Shown: positions 1-8,700 of the stretch, piece after piece | Position numbering within the stretch: position 1 is the first letter of the stretch | How the letters are laid out: every line of letters begins with the position of its first letter | NCBI GenBank assembly: GCA_903857795.1 | Contig: CAIOGM010000051.1 | Span: 4,898-68,897, forward strand | Source: an uncultured Geobacter sp. | GTDB lineage: Bacteria > Desulfobacterota > Desulfuromonadia > Geobacterales > CAIOGM01 | Length of the DNA stretch: 64,000 nucleotides | Direction of reading: 5' to 3' | Translations under genes and position numbers: made by a program | The notes under the pieces: model-generated | Told to the model about the DNA's origin: nothing | The model's input: the letters and a program-made list of their open reading frames with translations, nothing else | The model's database searches: none

Positions 1-2984
1 CCCTCCGGCAAAAGAAGCGGTGGCTGGCGCTCCTGATGGCGCTGTTTAACGCTGAACAGGACGAAGGATTGAGCGCCGATAGCCTGGCGGAATTGCCTGA
101 GTTCAAGGCAGAGCCGGGTGATAAAGAGAATCAGCATTCCGGCGCCGCCGATTCCCAGTCAGTGCTCCGGATGCTCTACGAAATGACCGAGGCGGGGCTG
201 GTTAAACAGAGCGTCAACCTCAATGCCTTTGTCCGGTATAAGGTCGTCGATCACTCCCGCCACCGTTTTGAAAAAGTTTGCTCCCTGGAGCAGGCCATGC
301 TGAAGATCATGCAGGAGAGTGAGCCGGATGCCGAGGGGTGGCTTGATCTATCACTGAGGCGATTGAATCAGCGTCTTATTGATGGCGGCCATGAAAGTAT
401 TCCGGAGATGCTGCAGGATCTGCTCAGGAGTCTCTCCATGGACGGCAGAGGATTGGCAGGGAATCGTGGCAGTATTGATTTACGGTATCTGGGGCGGGAT
501 CACTACCGGATAAAATTGAATCGTAACTGGATCGCTCTCATTGCCACAGCCGGATTGAGGCGTGACGTGGCGCGTGTGGTCTTGGAGACCCTGTATGCTA
601 AAATTCCACCCGATTCCCCCCCCTCCGCGGAACGGTTGGTGGACTTTTCACTGGACGACATTGCCACGGCACTCCGTGGCGAACTGCTCCTTCAGGGGCA
701 TATCCGCGATATTCTTGCCGCCATGGATCGCGCTATCATGTTTCTTCACGAGCAAAAAGTTATCATTTTGCAAAAGGGTCTCGCCGTATTCCGGCAAGCA
801 ATGACGATCCGAATTTTCCCGGACAAAATCAAGGAGTCAAAAGGGTATACGAAAACCAGACATTCTCAGCTGGAGCAGCATTACAAGGAGCGGATTTTCC
901 AGGTCCACGTCATGAACGAATATGCACGCTTGGGAGTGGAAAAAATTCAGCAGGCGATCAACCTGGTATCGGCTTATTTCTCCATGGATCGCAGCAGTTT
1001 TGTGCAGCGCTATTTCCCCGGGCGCAAGGCGGACATCGAACGGGCCACCAGCCAGGCCTCGTATCGCAAGATTGTGGATAGCCTGAGAAACCCGGTGCAA
1101 GTTGACGTGGTGGCGGCACACCCTGATGAAAATATGCTTGTTCTTGCCGGTCCCGGGTCCGGGAAGACACGAGTCGTCGCTCACCGCTGTGCCTATCTCC
1201 TCCGTGTCAAACGTGCTCCACCGCGGAGTATCATCATCCTCTGTTTTAACCGTAACGCCGCCACTACCTTGAGGCGTCGTCTTCACGGTCTGGTCGGTCC
1301 CGATGCGAAGTGGGTAACGGTACAGACCTATCATAGCCTGGCTATGCGACTTACCGGATCATCATTTGCCCAGCGGGTGGAGAGTAGACGAGTCGATGGC
1401 GATGATTTCAAGACAATAATTCCTGATGCTGTTCGTCTTCTGAACGGCGAGGTGGAGTTCACCGGCTTGGAACGGGACGAACTGAGAGAGCGACTACTGG
1501 CCGGGTATCGTCATATTCTGGTGGATGAATATCAGGACATCGATCAGGACCAATACGAGTTGATTTCGGCCATTGCCGGCAGGACAGAGAGAGATACTGA
1601 AAACAAGATGTCGCTCTTGGCGGTTGGGGATGATGACCAGAATATCTATACGTTTCGCGGCGCAAACGTGGAGTTTATCCGGCGCTTTCAGTCGGATTAC
1701 CAGGCGAAAAGTTACTTTCTCGTGGATAACTACAGGTCAACGGCTCATATCATTGCCGCGGCAAACTGCCTGATTGCCCATAATCACGATCGAATGAAGA
1801 CGGAGCATCAGATTCATATCGACAAAGATCGTGTCCGGCTTCCGACAGGCGGCCTCTGGAAAAACCTTGATCCCGTTGCTCAGGGTCGCGTTCAGCTGTT
1901 GCAGGTAGGCGGAGCAGCAGATCAGGCTCTGGCTCTCACCGGAGAATTGGCACGGATCAAACGGTTGAATCCTTCACTTGACTGGTCTGATTGTGCGGTA
2001 TTGGCGCGAACCCGGGATGAACTGGCACCCCTGCGGGCGCTCTGCGAGCAGGAAGGGATTCCCATTATCTGGGGGATGGATAAGGGGAAAACGCCACCTC
2101 TGTACCGGATTCGGGAGGTATGTCGCTTTCTTGCCGAGCTGAAGGCTCGACACGACGAGCTCCTATCCGCGAATAATCTCTTGTCCCTCCTGGACGAACT
2201 GGCCGGTGAAGAGCGAAGCTCCATCTGGTGGGAATTGCTGCGAGAAATAGTTCAGGAGCTGCCAGACGAAATCGGCGAAGCCCAACTCCCCATGAGCTAT
2301 TTTACGGAGCATGTTTATGAATCTCTCGCGGAACAACGGCGGGAACAATCGGTGGGTGCCGGAGTTTTTCTGAGCACGGTCCACGCAGCTAAAGGAATGG
2401 AATTCACCCATGTATTTGTTCCCGGCGGAGGGTGGACGCAAGGAAGGAACCGTCAGGAGTTGGAAGAGGAACGCCGCATCTACTATGTGGCCATGACACG
2501 AGCCAAAGAAACGCTCTGTCTCTTTGCAAGAGCTGATATGCCCAATCCGCACACCGGGCTCATCAGCGGCGACTTCCTGCTGAAGCGTACCCCTCTTTTC
2601 GACGCACCACCGGACGACCAAGTATTACGCCGACGGTATGACATTCTTGGGATGGGAGATCTGTTTCTGGATTTCGCCGGACGAAAAGAGAAGGGAGACC
2701 CGCTGCATGAACATCTTGCCGCGCTCAGTTCGGGGGATTCCCTGATTTCGGTGAAGAGAGGAGAGGTCATAGAATTACAAACTGAAAAAGGAATTACTGT
2801 CGCCCGGCTCTCCAAAAATGCGGCAATCAGTTGGCGGGGTAGAATGAACCGGATTCAGCGGATAACAGTGCTTGCCATGGTGGAACGCCGTGCCGAGGAT
2901 TCTGTCGAGGAGTATCGATCGCTGTGTCGAAGTGAGCGGTGGGAAGTTCCAGTGTCCGAGGTCGTTTACACTCAACCAAGGTGA
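1..2984 (+). CDS. Large UvrD/Rep/PcrA-type SF1 DNA helicase, 5' end probably outside the window
   Basis: The frame is open from nt 3 up to the ATG at 36, so the gene likely starts upstream of the window. SF1 motifs in the translation: LAGPGSGKTRV (Walker A), LVDEYQDID (motif II), AVGDDDQNIYTFRGA, DNYRST, STVHAAKGMEF, YYVAMTRAKETL. About 360 aa of non-helicase sequence precede the Walker A. Confidence 0.85.
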   Translation, partial: LRQKKRWLALLMALFNAEQDEGLSADSLAELPEFKAEPGDKENQHSGAADSQSVLRMLYEMTEAGLVKQSVNLNAFVRYKVVDHSRHRFEKVCSLEQAMLKIMQESEPDAEGWLDLSLRRLNQRLIDGGHESIPEMLQDLLRSLSMDGRGLAGNRGSIDLRYLGRDHYRIKLNRNWIALIATAGLRRDVARVVLETLYAKIPPDSPPSAERLVDFSLDDIATALRGELLLQGHIRDILAAMDRAIMFLHEQKVIILQKGLAVFRQAMTIRIFPDKIKESKGYTKTRHSQLEQHYKERIFQVHVMNEYARLGVEKIQQAINLVSAYFSMDRSSFVQRYFPGRKADIERATSQASYRKIVDSLRNPVQVDVVAAHPDENMLVLAGPGSGKTRVVAHRCAYLLRVKRAPPRSIIILCFNRNAATTLRRRLHGLVGPDAKWVTVQTYHSLAMRLTGSSFAQRVESRRVDGDDFKTIIPDAVRLLNGEVEFTGLERDELRERLLAGYRHILVDEYQDIDQDQYELISAIAGRTERDTENKMSLLAVGDDDQNIYTFRGANVEFIRRFQSDYQAKSYFLVDNYRSTAHIIAAANCLIAHNHDRMKTEHQIHIDKDRVRLPTGGLWKNLDPVAQGRVQLLQVGGAADQALALTGELARIKRLNPSLDWSDCAVLARTRDELAPLRALCEQEGIPIIWGMDKGKTPPLYRIREVCRFLAELKARHDELLSANNLLSLLDELAGEERSSIWWELLREIVQELPDEIGEAQLPMSYFTEHVYESLAEQRREQSVGAGVFLSTVHAAKGMEFTHVFVPGGGWTQGRNRQELEEERRIYYVAMTRAKETLCLFARADMPNPHTGLISGDFLLKRTPLFDAPPDDQVLRRRYDILGMGDLFLDFAGRKEKGDPLHEHLAALSSGDSLISVKRGEVIELQTEKGITVARLSKNAAISWRGRMNRIQRITVLAMVERRAEDSVEEYRSLCRSERWEVPVSEVVYTQPR

Positions 2985-3205
2985 CCCGCATAACGGGCAG
3001 GTGGAACACTGGCAGAGATCATGGGGTTACTTCATGAGATCGGCTGGCCGGGTTCCGGCAGCGAAGATCATGGCAAAGGCGACCAGGAGCAGGGCTACCG
3101 CCGAGCAGAGATCGGGTTCTCTCTGGAGTAGCAGCAACAGGATAATCAGGGCAGTGTTAATGCCAGACCACGCGTCTTGAGTGTCAAATCGATGAGTCCC
3201 TGGAA

Positions 3206-3610
3206 CTAATAACTCTCGTCGTCATAGGGGATCTCCTCCGAAATCGTGGGCCCATACTTAGCCGTTGCCAGCGCCTGGTAGAGGAAGTGAGCGAACAGGT
3301 CCACGAGCTTCTCGTTGTTACGAAGCTTGTCCTCGTTAAGCAGGAAGAAGATCCAATGAGTCAACTCGTGAAAAAACGCCTGCTCCACCGTCTGCCGGGG
3401 GGCGGCGCTTGTGTCGAGCCTGATCAGCTGCTGAGCGTAGTGGGCCTCTCCAATCATGCTCTTGGTACGCACCATGGTATCGTCTCGCACCACATCGATC
3501 GTCAGACCACCCAGCATGAAGGAACTGGGGATGAGGGCTGACTCGAAGCAGGTAGTAGTTGCGGCGCTGGGTTGGGTTGTAGTTTCGATTCTCCTGCTGG
3601 CGTCACGCAT
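3206..3610 (-). CDS. Small HExxH zinc-metallopeptidase-like protein
   Basis: 134-aa ORF with FFHELTHWIF (HExxH) in the C-terminal half. It is transcribed divergently from the 3782-7615 operon across an AT-rich spacer. The start is uncertain; an internal Met (MLGGLTIDVV) is possible. Confidence 0.5.
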   Translation of the reverse strand: MRDASRRIETTTQPSAATTTCFESALIPSSFMLGGLTIDVVRDDTMVRTKSMIGEAHYAQQLIRLDTSAAPRQTVEQAFFHELTHWIFFLLNEDKLRNNEKLVDLFAHFLYQALATAKYGPTISEEIPYDDESY

Positions 3611-3781
3611 AATGTTTCTCCATCTTCCAGGTTAGTTGCCTACCTACCCTCTTGGACTCGGCCACACCGTAAATATTTTCAATAATTCTTCTTCATTTTT
3701 CTTTCTGGTCTTGGATGGTTAATTCTGATACATACAATAAAATAAATTTTTTGAAACGTGACTGATACCAGAGGGGCATGA

Positions 3782-4234
3782 ATGGACGGAAACGCGAGAA
3801 GAAATGGTGATCCGTTCTGGGAGCTACAACAAGATTACCGGCAGAAACAAAGTTTCCCGGATAATTGGGAACCGCTCTATTTTTTCAAGTGGATCAGTGA
3901 TAAGAATCTTCTGCAGGCGACATGCAGAAAATTCCCGAGCGGCAAGCCGACGGAAAACCTTTCCAATCACCCGATCTTTCTTCTGAAGCGAATAGGGAAC
4001 TTCAGTTACCGCTTCTGTCCCTGTTCGACCAAAAACCATAATAACTACAGCTATATTCCTGCCGCCACGAAACCCGAACTTGCACCTGAACCATTCCCTA
4101 ATAACAGTTATATTTGCCACGATATCATTTTTTCTCTCCTACCTATAAACCACATGGTCGGTCCGGAGAATTTTTACGGGATTGTCCGGGAGAGCGATAT
4201 CATCGGTGATCAATACCAAGAGGGGATGCGATGA
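3782..4234 (+). CDS. Hypothetical protein, first gene of the ATGA-coupled operon; weak MazF/PemK-like pattern
   Basis: 150-aa ORF with GAGGGG 5 nt upstream of the ATG. Its stop overlaps the next start (ATGA at 4231-4234). The segment HPIFLLKRIGNFSYRFCPCSTK...NSYICHDIIFSL...YGIVRESDI loosely follows the MazF pattern (RPxxVLS...VxPxTS...DQI...G). This was judged by eye only. Confidence 0.4.
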   Translation: MDGNARRNGDPFWELQQDYRQKQSFPDNWEPLYFFKWISDKNLLQATCRKFPSGKPTENLSNHPIFLLKRIGNFSYRFCPCSTKNHNNYSYIPAATKPELAPEPFPNNSYICHDIIFSLLPINHMVGPENFYGIVRESDIIGDQYQEGMR

Positions 4235-5325
4235 AGAGCGGGTTTGAGACATGGCTGAATACTCCTGAAGGGAGTGCCACCATTCTGGAGTGTGCCCGCA
4301 CAGTGCAGCAGCAGGCACGCCGGAGTTCTATTAACCTAGCCCAGATTTTCCGGGAAGAGTTTGTCGACGACTCACAGGAACTGCGCCATATCATCGCTAG
4401 TGAACTTACGGCATATCTTCTGGAGCATCACACTGTGGTTGCGCAAGACATAGCCGATGATCTCCGTATTGGAGATATCTCCGCTATAACCGCAAAAATC
4501 ACCACAAAGTTCATGAACCATCTGCTTGATCAACGCCGGACGTATCACATAAGCCCCTTCCACGCCTACCTCCGCCACTTGCGCAAGGTCATATCCCAGG
4601 CAACTAATGTCCGTTATCTCCCCACGGATTCTGGCTCCTTTTTCGCTTACTCCACTGATGATTCTCTGGTATTTCTGCCTCATGCCTGGTGCGGACTGCC
4701 GTTTGATGGTTGGCCCTCCCCATCTCTGCCGCTCTCCGAGATTGAAAAGCAAGCCGGGATGATCCATCTGTCACGCTTCTACTGGGATGAGGCGACATGC
4801 AGATACGAAACGGAATATCTGCAGCCGCTTCGGGAGTTGACCCGGTTCGTTTTCGCCAAGTATACAGTTGTGGCCCGGCGACAGGATATGGCAACCGGTT
4901 GCGACAGTGGACTCTCCGAGTCCGAGGCGTTTGATCTGCTGCAGACGGTCAATCTGGCTGGTGACCCGCTCGGTCCACGCCAGCGACAATCAGAGCGTCT
5001 CGATTACGACATCATTGAAACCGAACTCTCCCGGTTGGCCGGACACTGCCTGGCTGGTCTGGATGAGCGGCAAAGAGAAATGCTCTGGCGAGCTTCGGAA
5101 GGAGAGAAGCTGGATGACATAGGGCAACTGTTGGGAGAGAAGGGAGCGAGCACTATTCACTACCAACTCAAAAAGGCGAGGAATCATATCCTCAAATTCT
5201 GGTCTCTCTGGGGGAATGCGCAACTGCCCGGATTCGCTGAAGAGGATGAAGAAGAGCAATTTATCTTTTTGGAAAAAATCGTCCATCTTTGTAAAGAGCG
5301 AAACGGGGGCCGTGAAACTCTATGA
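4231..5325 (+). CDS. Atypical sigma-70-family-like protein (clear region-4 HTH, divergent long N-terminus)
   Basis: The C-terminal segment LAGLDERQREMLWRASEGEKLDDIGQLLGEKGASTIHYQLKKARNHILKF matches the sigma-70 region 4 / ECF HTH pattern. A possible region-2-like stretch is SPFHAYLRHLRKVISQ. ATGA overlaps occur at both ends (4231-4234, 5322-5325). Confidence 0.55.
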   Translation: MKSGFETWLNTPEGSATILECARTVQQQARRSSINLAQIFREEFVDDSQELRHIIASELTAYLLEHHTVVAQDIADDLRIGDISAITAKITTKFMNHLLDQRRTYHISPFHAYLRHLRKVISQATNVRYLPTDSGSFFAYSTDDSLVFLPHAWCGLPFDGWPSPSLPLSEIEKQAGMIHLSRFYWDEATCRYETEYLQPLRELTRFVFAKYTVVARRQDMATGCDSGLSESEAFDLLQTVNLAGDPLGPRQRQSERLDYDIIETELSRLAGHCLAGLDERQREMLWRASEGEKLDDIGQLLGEKGASTIHYQLKKARNHILKFWSLWGNAQLPGFAEEDEEEQFIFLEKIVHLCKERNGGRETL

Positions 5326-6467
5326 AGACGAGGACACCGATGGAATCGACAAATAGGGCACTCACAATGAAGCTCGCATGGCAGGAAGCCTATCGCCTGC
5401 GGTCATGCCCCGGTGATGATATGCTGCTAGCCGAACAGCTGACAGCAGAGATCACGAGGCATCTTCAGCTCTGTCCGGCGTGCAGCGATATCAGGAGTTC
5501 CGCTCCCCAGTCGCGGGAGGCTTGGCGGAAACTCTCCGACAAGCTCTATGACGGGTTCGTTTCACACCGGGCTACCGATGTCAAACCTGAAGAAGGTCAG
5601 GTATGGGCGTTGCGCGATGATCTTTCTCATTGGGGCAGCGACGGCAACTATTACCAGCCCCCGCACGTGCTGCTTCTTCGTACGGACGGTAATGCCCTTA
5701 CTGTGGCTCAGACCTATCATGACTCTGTCTTGGCGGGTGATGGCGATATCGTGCTGACAGAGTCGACCTACGGTTTTGCCGAGTCATGGAACATCTATAC
5801 CATCCATCGTGAGATGCTGGCTCACTGCCGGGGAGCGGTAAAAAGCGATGAAGTCCGGGCGGTCCAGCATGAAGCCGGGCAGCCGCGGGCGGAACTCGAC
5901 GAAGACAGTATTCTCTACTGGTTCCGGAACACGGAAGTTCAGGTAGGAGCGGAGATCGCTGTGCCGGCGGTAGCGCAGGTGCTGGTGGAGTTGGAACGCC
6001 GTTCAAAGAATGAAGTGGACCTCCAGAACATCTTTGGTACCCTGGAGAATCTATATCGTAAACTCGTTAATTTCACTCGGCCGGAATTATCCGCTTCGCT
6101 CTTGGAACTACTGGTCGGGATCCGTGACCCTCAGGCGGTTATGCCCATTATCGCCGCCACAAGCACCCCCTTGCAGGTAAATGTCGTCATCAAGCAGAGT
6201 GACGGTAGTCTGACCCTCAAGACTGTTGGCGCAATCTTAACAGAGAACAATTGGGAGGATGGCGATTACTACGTTGCAGGCAAGCTGAAAGAAGCTCAAA
6301 ACGAAGAACTTTTACTGGTGGCGTCGCTTTATTCCGGGCGCACCATCGTCTGTGAGCATCAGCGCCGGGTTGATAAAGGGTCGCCATATTTCCATATCAT
6401 CTTCCGTTCCGTGCCGAAGGAAGTATGCACGCTGAAACATCTCAGGTTCATTCTGGTGAAGCCATGA
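5322..6467 (+). CDS. Putative cytoplasmic zinc anti-sigma factor (HxxxCxxC) with a MazF-like central segment
   Basis: Exact ZAS motif HLQLCPAC at nt 5460-5483. It is followed by GQVWALRDD...PPHVLLLRTDGNALTVAQTYHD...GDGDIVL...FAESWNIYTIHREMLAHCRGAVKSDEV, which parallels E. coli MazF (GDLIWVDF...RPAVVLS...CVPCTT...EVVL...ALADQVKSI...G.V). No obvious TM helix. The gene sits directly after the sigma-like gene. Confidence 0.5.
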   Translation: MKTRTPMESTNRALTMKLAWQEAYRLRSCPGDDMLLAEQLTAEITRHLQLCPACSDIRSSAPQSREAWRKLSDKLYDGFVSHRATDVKPEEGQVWALRDDLSHWGSDGNYYQPPHVLLLRTDGNALTVAQTYHDSVLAGDGDIVLTESTYGFAESWNIYTIHREMLAHCRGAVKSDEVRAVQHEAGQPRAELDEDSILYWFRNTEVQVGAEIAVPAVAQVLVELERRSKNEVDLQNIFGTLENLYRKLVNFTRPELSASLLELLVGIRDPQAVMPIIAATSTPLQVNVVIKQSDGSLTLKTVGAILTENNWEDGDYYVAGKLKEAQNEELLLVASLYSGRTIVCEHQRRVDKGSPYFHIIFRSVPKEVCTLKHLRFILVKP

Positions 6468-7615
6468 CGGATTTTACCTGGGAACTGGGTCACATATCCG
6501 ATGCCCTCAAACAAGGACTGGCCGACAGGCAGAATTCAATCCTGCTGCGACCTCATGGCAACATCTGGGGAGACAAGACCGGCAATTTTGAGCAGGTGGC
6601 GGATAGCATCCTGGATCGGTTGCCTACAGAGCAGGTACGCCCCTTTCTATCCGTATGCCTGGGGAGTTATCTGCTTGATCCCCGAAAAGCGCCAGCTTTC
6701 TTTCCCACCTGGATTCAGAGACACACGGCGGTTTCCGAGATACTTGGAAGTGATGTCTTGCTGGAAGATCTGAAAATGTGGCGTTGGGGAAGAGCCGCCT
6801 TTCCGGTGGTGGATGAGCTTGAAAACGGTAAGAATGACACCATCTACTATGCCCTGGTAGCCGTATCACCATCAGCTATACCGTCGCTGGTGCCATCGTG
6901 GAGTGCCACGGTACTGAATGCTGATGCTCTGGATGCCGTGACAATTGCGGCTGAGCTGGTGCAGAAAGCCCATCCAGAAGCACATTTCTACTTCTGGCCG
7001 TTCATCAACCCCAAGAAGCCGACCCATGATCGTTCTCTTGGTTTACCAGTGTATTTGTCACTCACGTCATTGGCAATAGGCAAACAAATTCCGATGTTTA
7101 TAGCTACCGGTGAAATTGACTGCCAAGGGCTGCTGCATCCGGTTCAGAGGGTCCTTGATAAGTGCAGTAAAGTTTTCAATAAAAACTATAAAAAATTCAT
7201 CTACCCAGATGATGGTTCTTGTCTAGAAAGTCGGAGAGAGCAAAAAGCTATTGGTGTTGTTACTCTTTTAGAGTCAGAGATCCAATGGGGTATTCGAAAG
7301 AAGACGACGGTAATAGATGATAAAGATAAAGCAAGCTTAGTAATATACTTGCATACGATATGTTTAACAATTATTGGTAGCGACAATATGCCTAACGTAT
7401 TAATTTCTGCTTTTGACACAAAAAATGAAGAACTTCCACCGAATATTATTGCGACCCACGAATACATGATAGTTGTTGATCTTACAAAAGTAAAGTGCGT
7501 AAACCCTCGGGTAAATGAGGCTTTTGCATCTTTTCTCGGTAAAAAAATTTGTTGCCATAAGACAGAATCATTGAATTGGCTTTACTGGGGCGAAGGATAT
7601 AACCTCATACAATAA
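6464..7615 (+). CDS. Lon (S16)-type protease-like protein with unknown N- and C-terminal domains
   Basis: The start ATG at 6464 overlaps the upstream stop (ATGA). THDRSLGLPVYLSLTSLAIGKQIPMFIATGEIDCQGLLHPVQRVLDKCSKVFNKNYKKFIYP aligns by eye with the E. coli Lon core [64 protein letters not shown]. The candidate Ser codon is at 7034-7036 and the Lys codon at 7160-7162, 42 residues apart. The last ~150 aa are encoded by AT-rich DNA. Confidence 0.5.
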   Translation: MTDFTWELGHISDALKQGLADRQNSILLRPHGNIWGDKTGNFEQVADSILDRLPTEQVRPFLSVCLGSYLLDPRKAPAFFPTWIQRHTAVSEILGSDVLLEDLKMWRWGRAAFPVVDELENGKNDTIYYALVAVSPSAIPSLVPSWSATVLNADALDAVTIAAELVQKAHPEAHFYFWPFINPKKPTHDRSLGLPVYLSLTSLAIGKQIPMFIATGEIDCQGLLHPVQRVLDKCSKVFNKNYKKFIYPDDGSCLESRREQKAIGVVTLLESEIQWGIRKKTTVIDDKDKASLVIYLHTICLTIIGSDNMPNVLISAFDTKNEELPPNIIATHEYMIVVDLTKVKCVNPRVNEAFASFLGKKICCHKTESLNWLYWGEGYNLIQ

Positions 7616-7645
7616 ATAGTTTATTATTTAGGAGGCAGATCCGGT

Positions 7646-8686
7646 ATGTCAAAACTACCATTTTTTGTGAATGAAGATGAGCTTGATGATTTCCAAGTTC
7701 AATTACTTCAAAAGAGAATTGATCGTTCAATGGTTGTTTCTGGTTGCGCCGGAAGTGGTAAGTCTATTATGGCACTCTGGAAAGCCAAACAGATTCAAGA
7801 TGCAGGTTATTCATATAAATTCATAGTATTAACCAATGCATTACATAAATTTATGTCAGATGGTATAAGATCTATAGGACTCAATGATCAAAATTTCACA
7901 AATTATTATAAATGGTGTAATGTACAAGGATGCCCATCTGCTGACTTTATTATTGTTGACGAAGTACAGGACTTTGAGCGTGAAAAAATTTTACAATTAA
8001 AGAAAGCTGCAAAAAAGTCTTTTTTCTTTTGGGGAGATAGTGCTCAGTCTATCTACAAGGGCTTTAGAGATACACAGAGTATACTTTCGATTGCTGTAGA
8101 TGCTGACATTCAGCCTGAAACTCTTGTTTTTAACCATCGCTTGCCAAAAAAAATTGCGCGATTCGCCGCCAAAGTTAACCTAGACGAGGAACTAGTACAG
8201 AGATGCAGGAAGGAAGGGGAAGATATACCCCGTATCCTTTGTTACGCTACCTTCGGAGAACAGCTCGATGCTATAATGCAACAGATTAAAAATAGACATA
8301 TTAAAGATGCTGCTATTCTGCTGCACAATAATGAATGGGTTCAAAACGCTTATGACTATTTGAGAAATAAGAAATATGCAGTTGAGGCAAAGATTGGACA
8401 GACCGTATTCGATCTTGATTTCTTTAGTGACAATCCCAAGCTCATGACGTACCACAGTGCAAAAGGACTTCAGTTTGAAGCGGTATTCCTACCTCATTGT
8501 GAAGCGGGGTTGGAGCTTTCGGGTAATAACACTAAAACCATGAATTCCAATTCGCTATATGTAGCAATTACTCGTAGTTATCGCTATCTTTTTGTAACGT
8601 ATACAAACAAACTGGTTAGTTTCTTCGATACTGTTCCGAAGGAACTCTATTTGACTTCCCTTGAGGAAGATAAGATAACCCTGTAA
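7646..8686 (+). CDS. Short (346 aa) UvrD-like SF1 helicase / AAA ATPase
   Basis: Motifs: VVSGCAGSGKSIMAL (Walker A), FIIVDEVQDF (Walker B), FFFWGDSAQSIY, NHRLPKKIARF, MTYHSAKGLQFEAVFLPH, LYVAITRSYRYLFVTY. GGAGG lies upstream of the ATG. The DNA is AT-rich. Confidence 0.75.
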   Translation: MSKLPFFVNEDELDDFQVQLLQKRIDRSMVVSGCAGSGKSIMALWKAKQIQDAGYSYKFIVLTNALHKFMSDGIRSIGLNDQNFTNYYKWCNVQGCPSADFIIVDEVQDFEREKILQLKKAAKKSFFFWGDSAQSIYKGFRDTQSILSIAVDADIQPETLVFNHRLPKKIARFAAKVNLDEELVQRCRKEGEDIPRILCYATFGEQLDAIMQQIKNRHIKDAAILLHNNEWVQNAYDYLRNKKYAVEAKIGQTVFDLDFFSDNPKLMTYHSAKGLQFEAVFLPHCEAGLELSGNNTKTMNSNSLYVAITRSYRYLFVTYTNKLVSFFDTVPKELYLTSLEEDKITL

Positions 8687-8700
8687 ATATTAGGAACACA

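Noticed and set aside
2985-3205. A hydrophobic minus-strand reading (…WSGINTALIILLLLLQREPDLCSAVALLLVAFAMIFAAG…) between the helicase and the HExxH gene
   Set aside because: The open frame has no ATG or GTG start before the hydrophobic part, only an internal TTG giving ~36 aa. That is not enough to call a gene.
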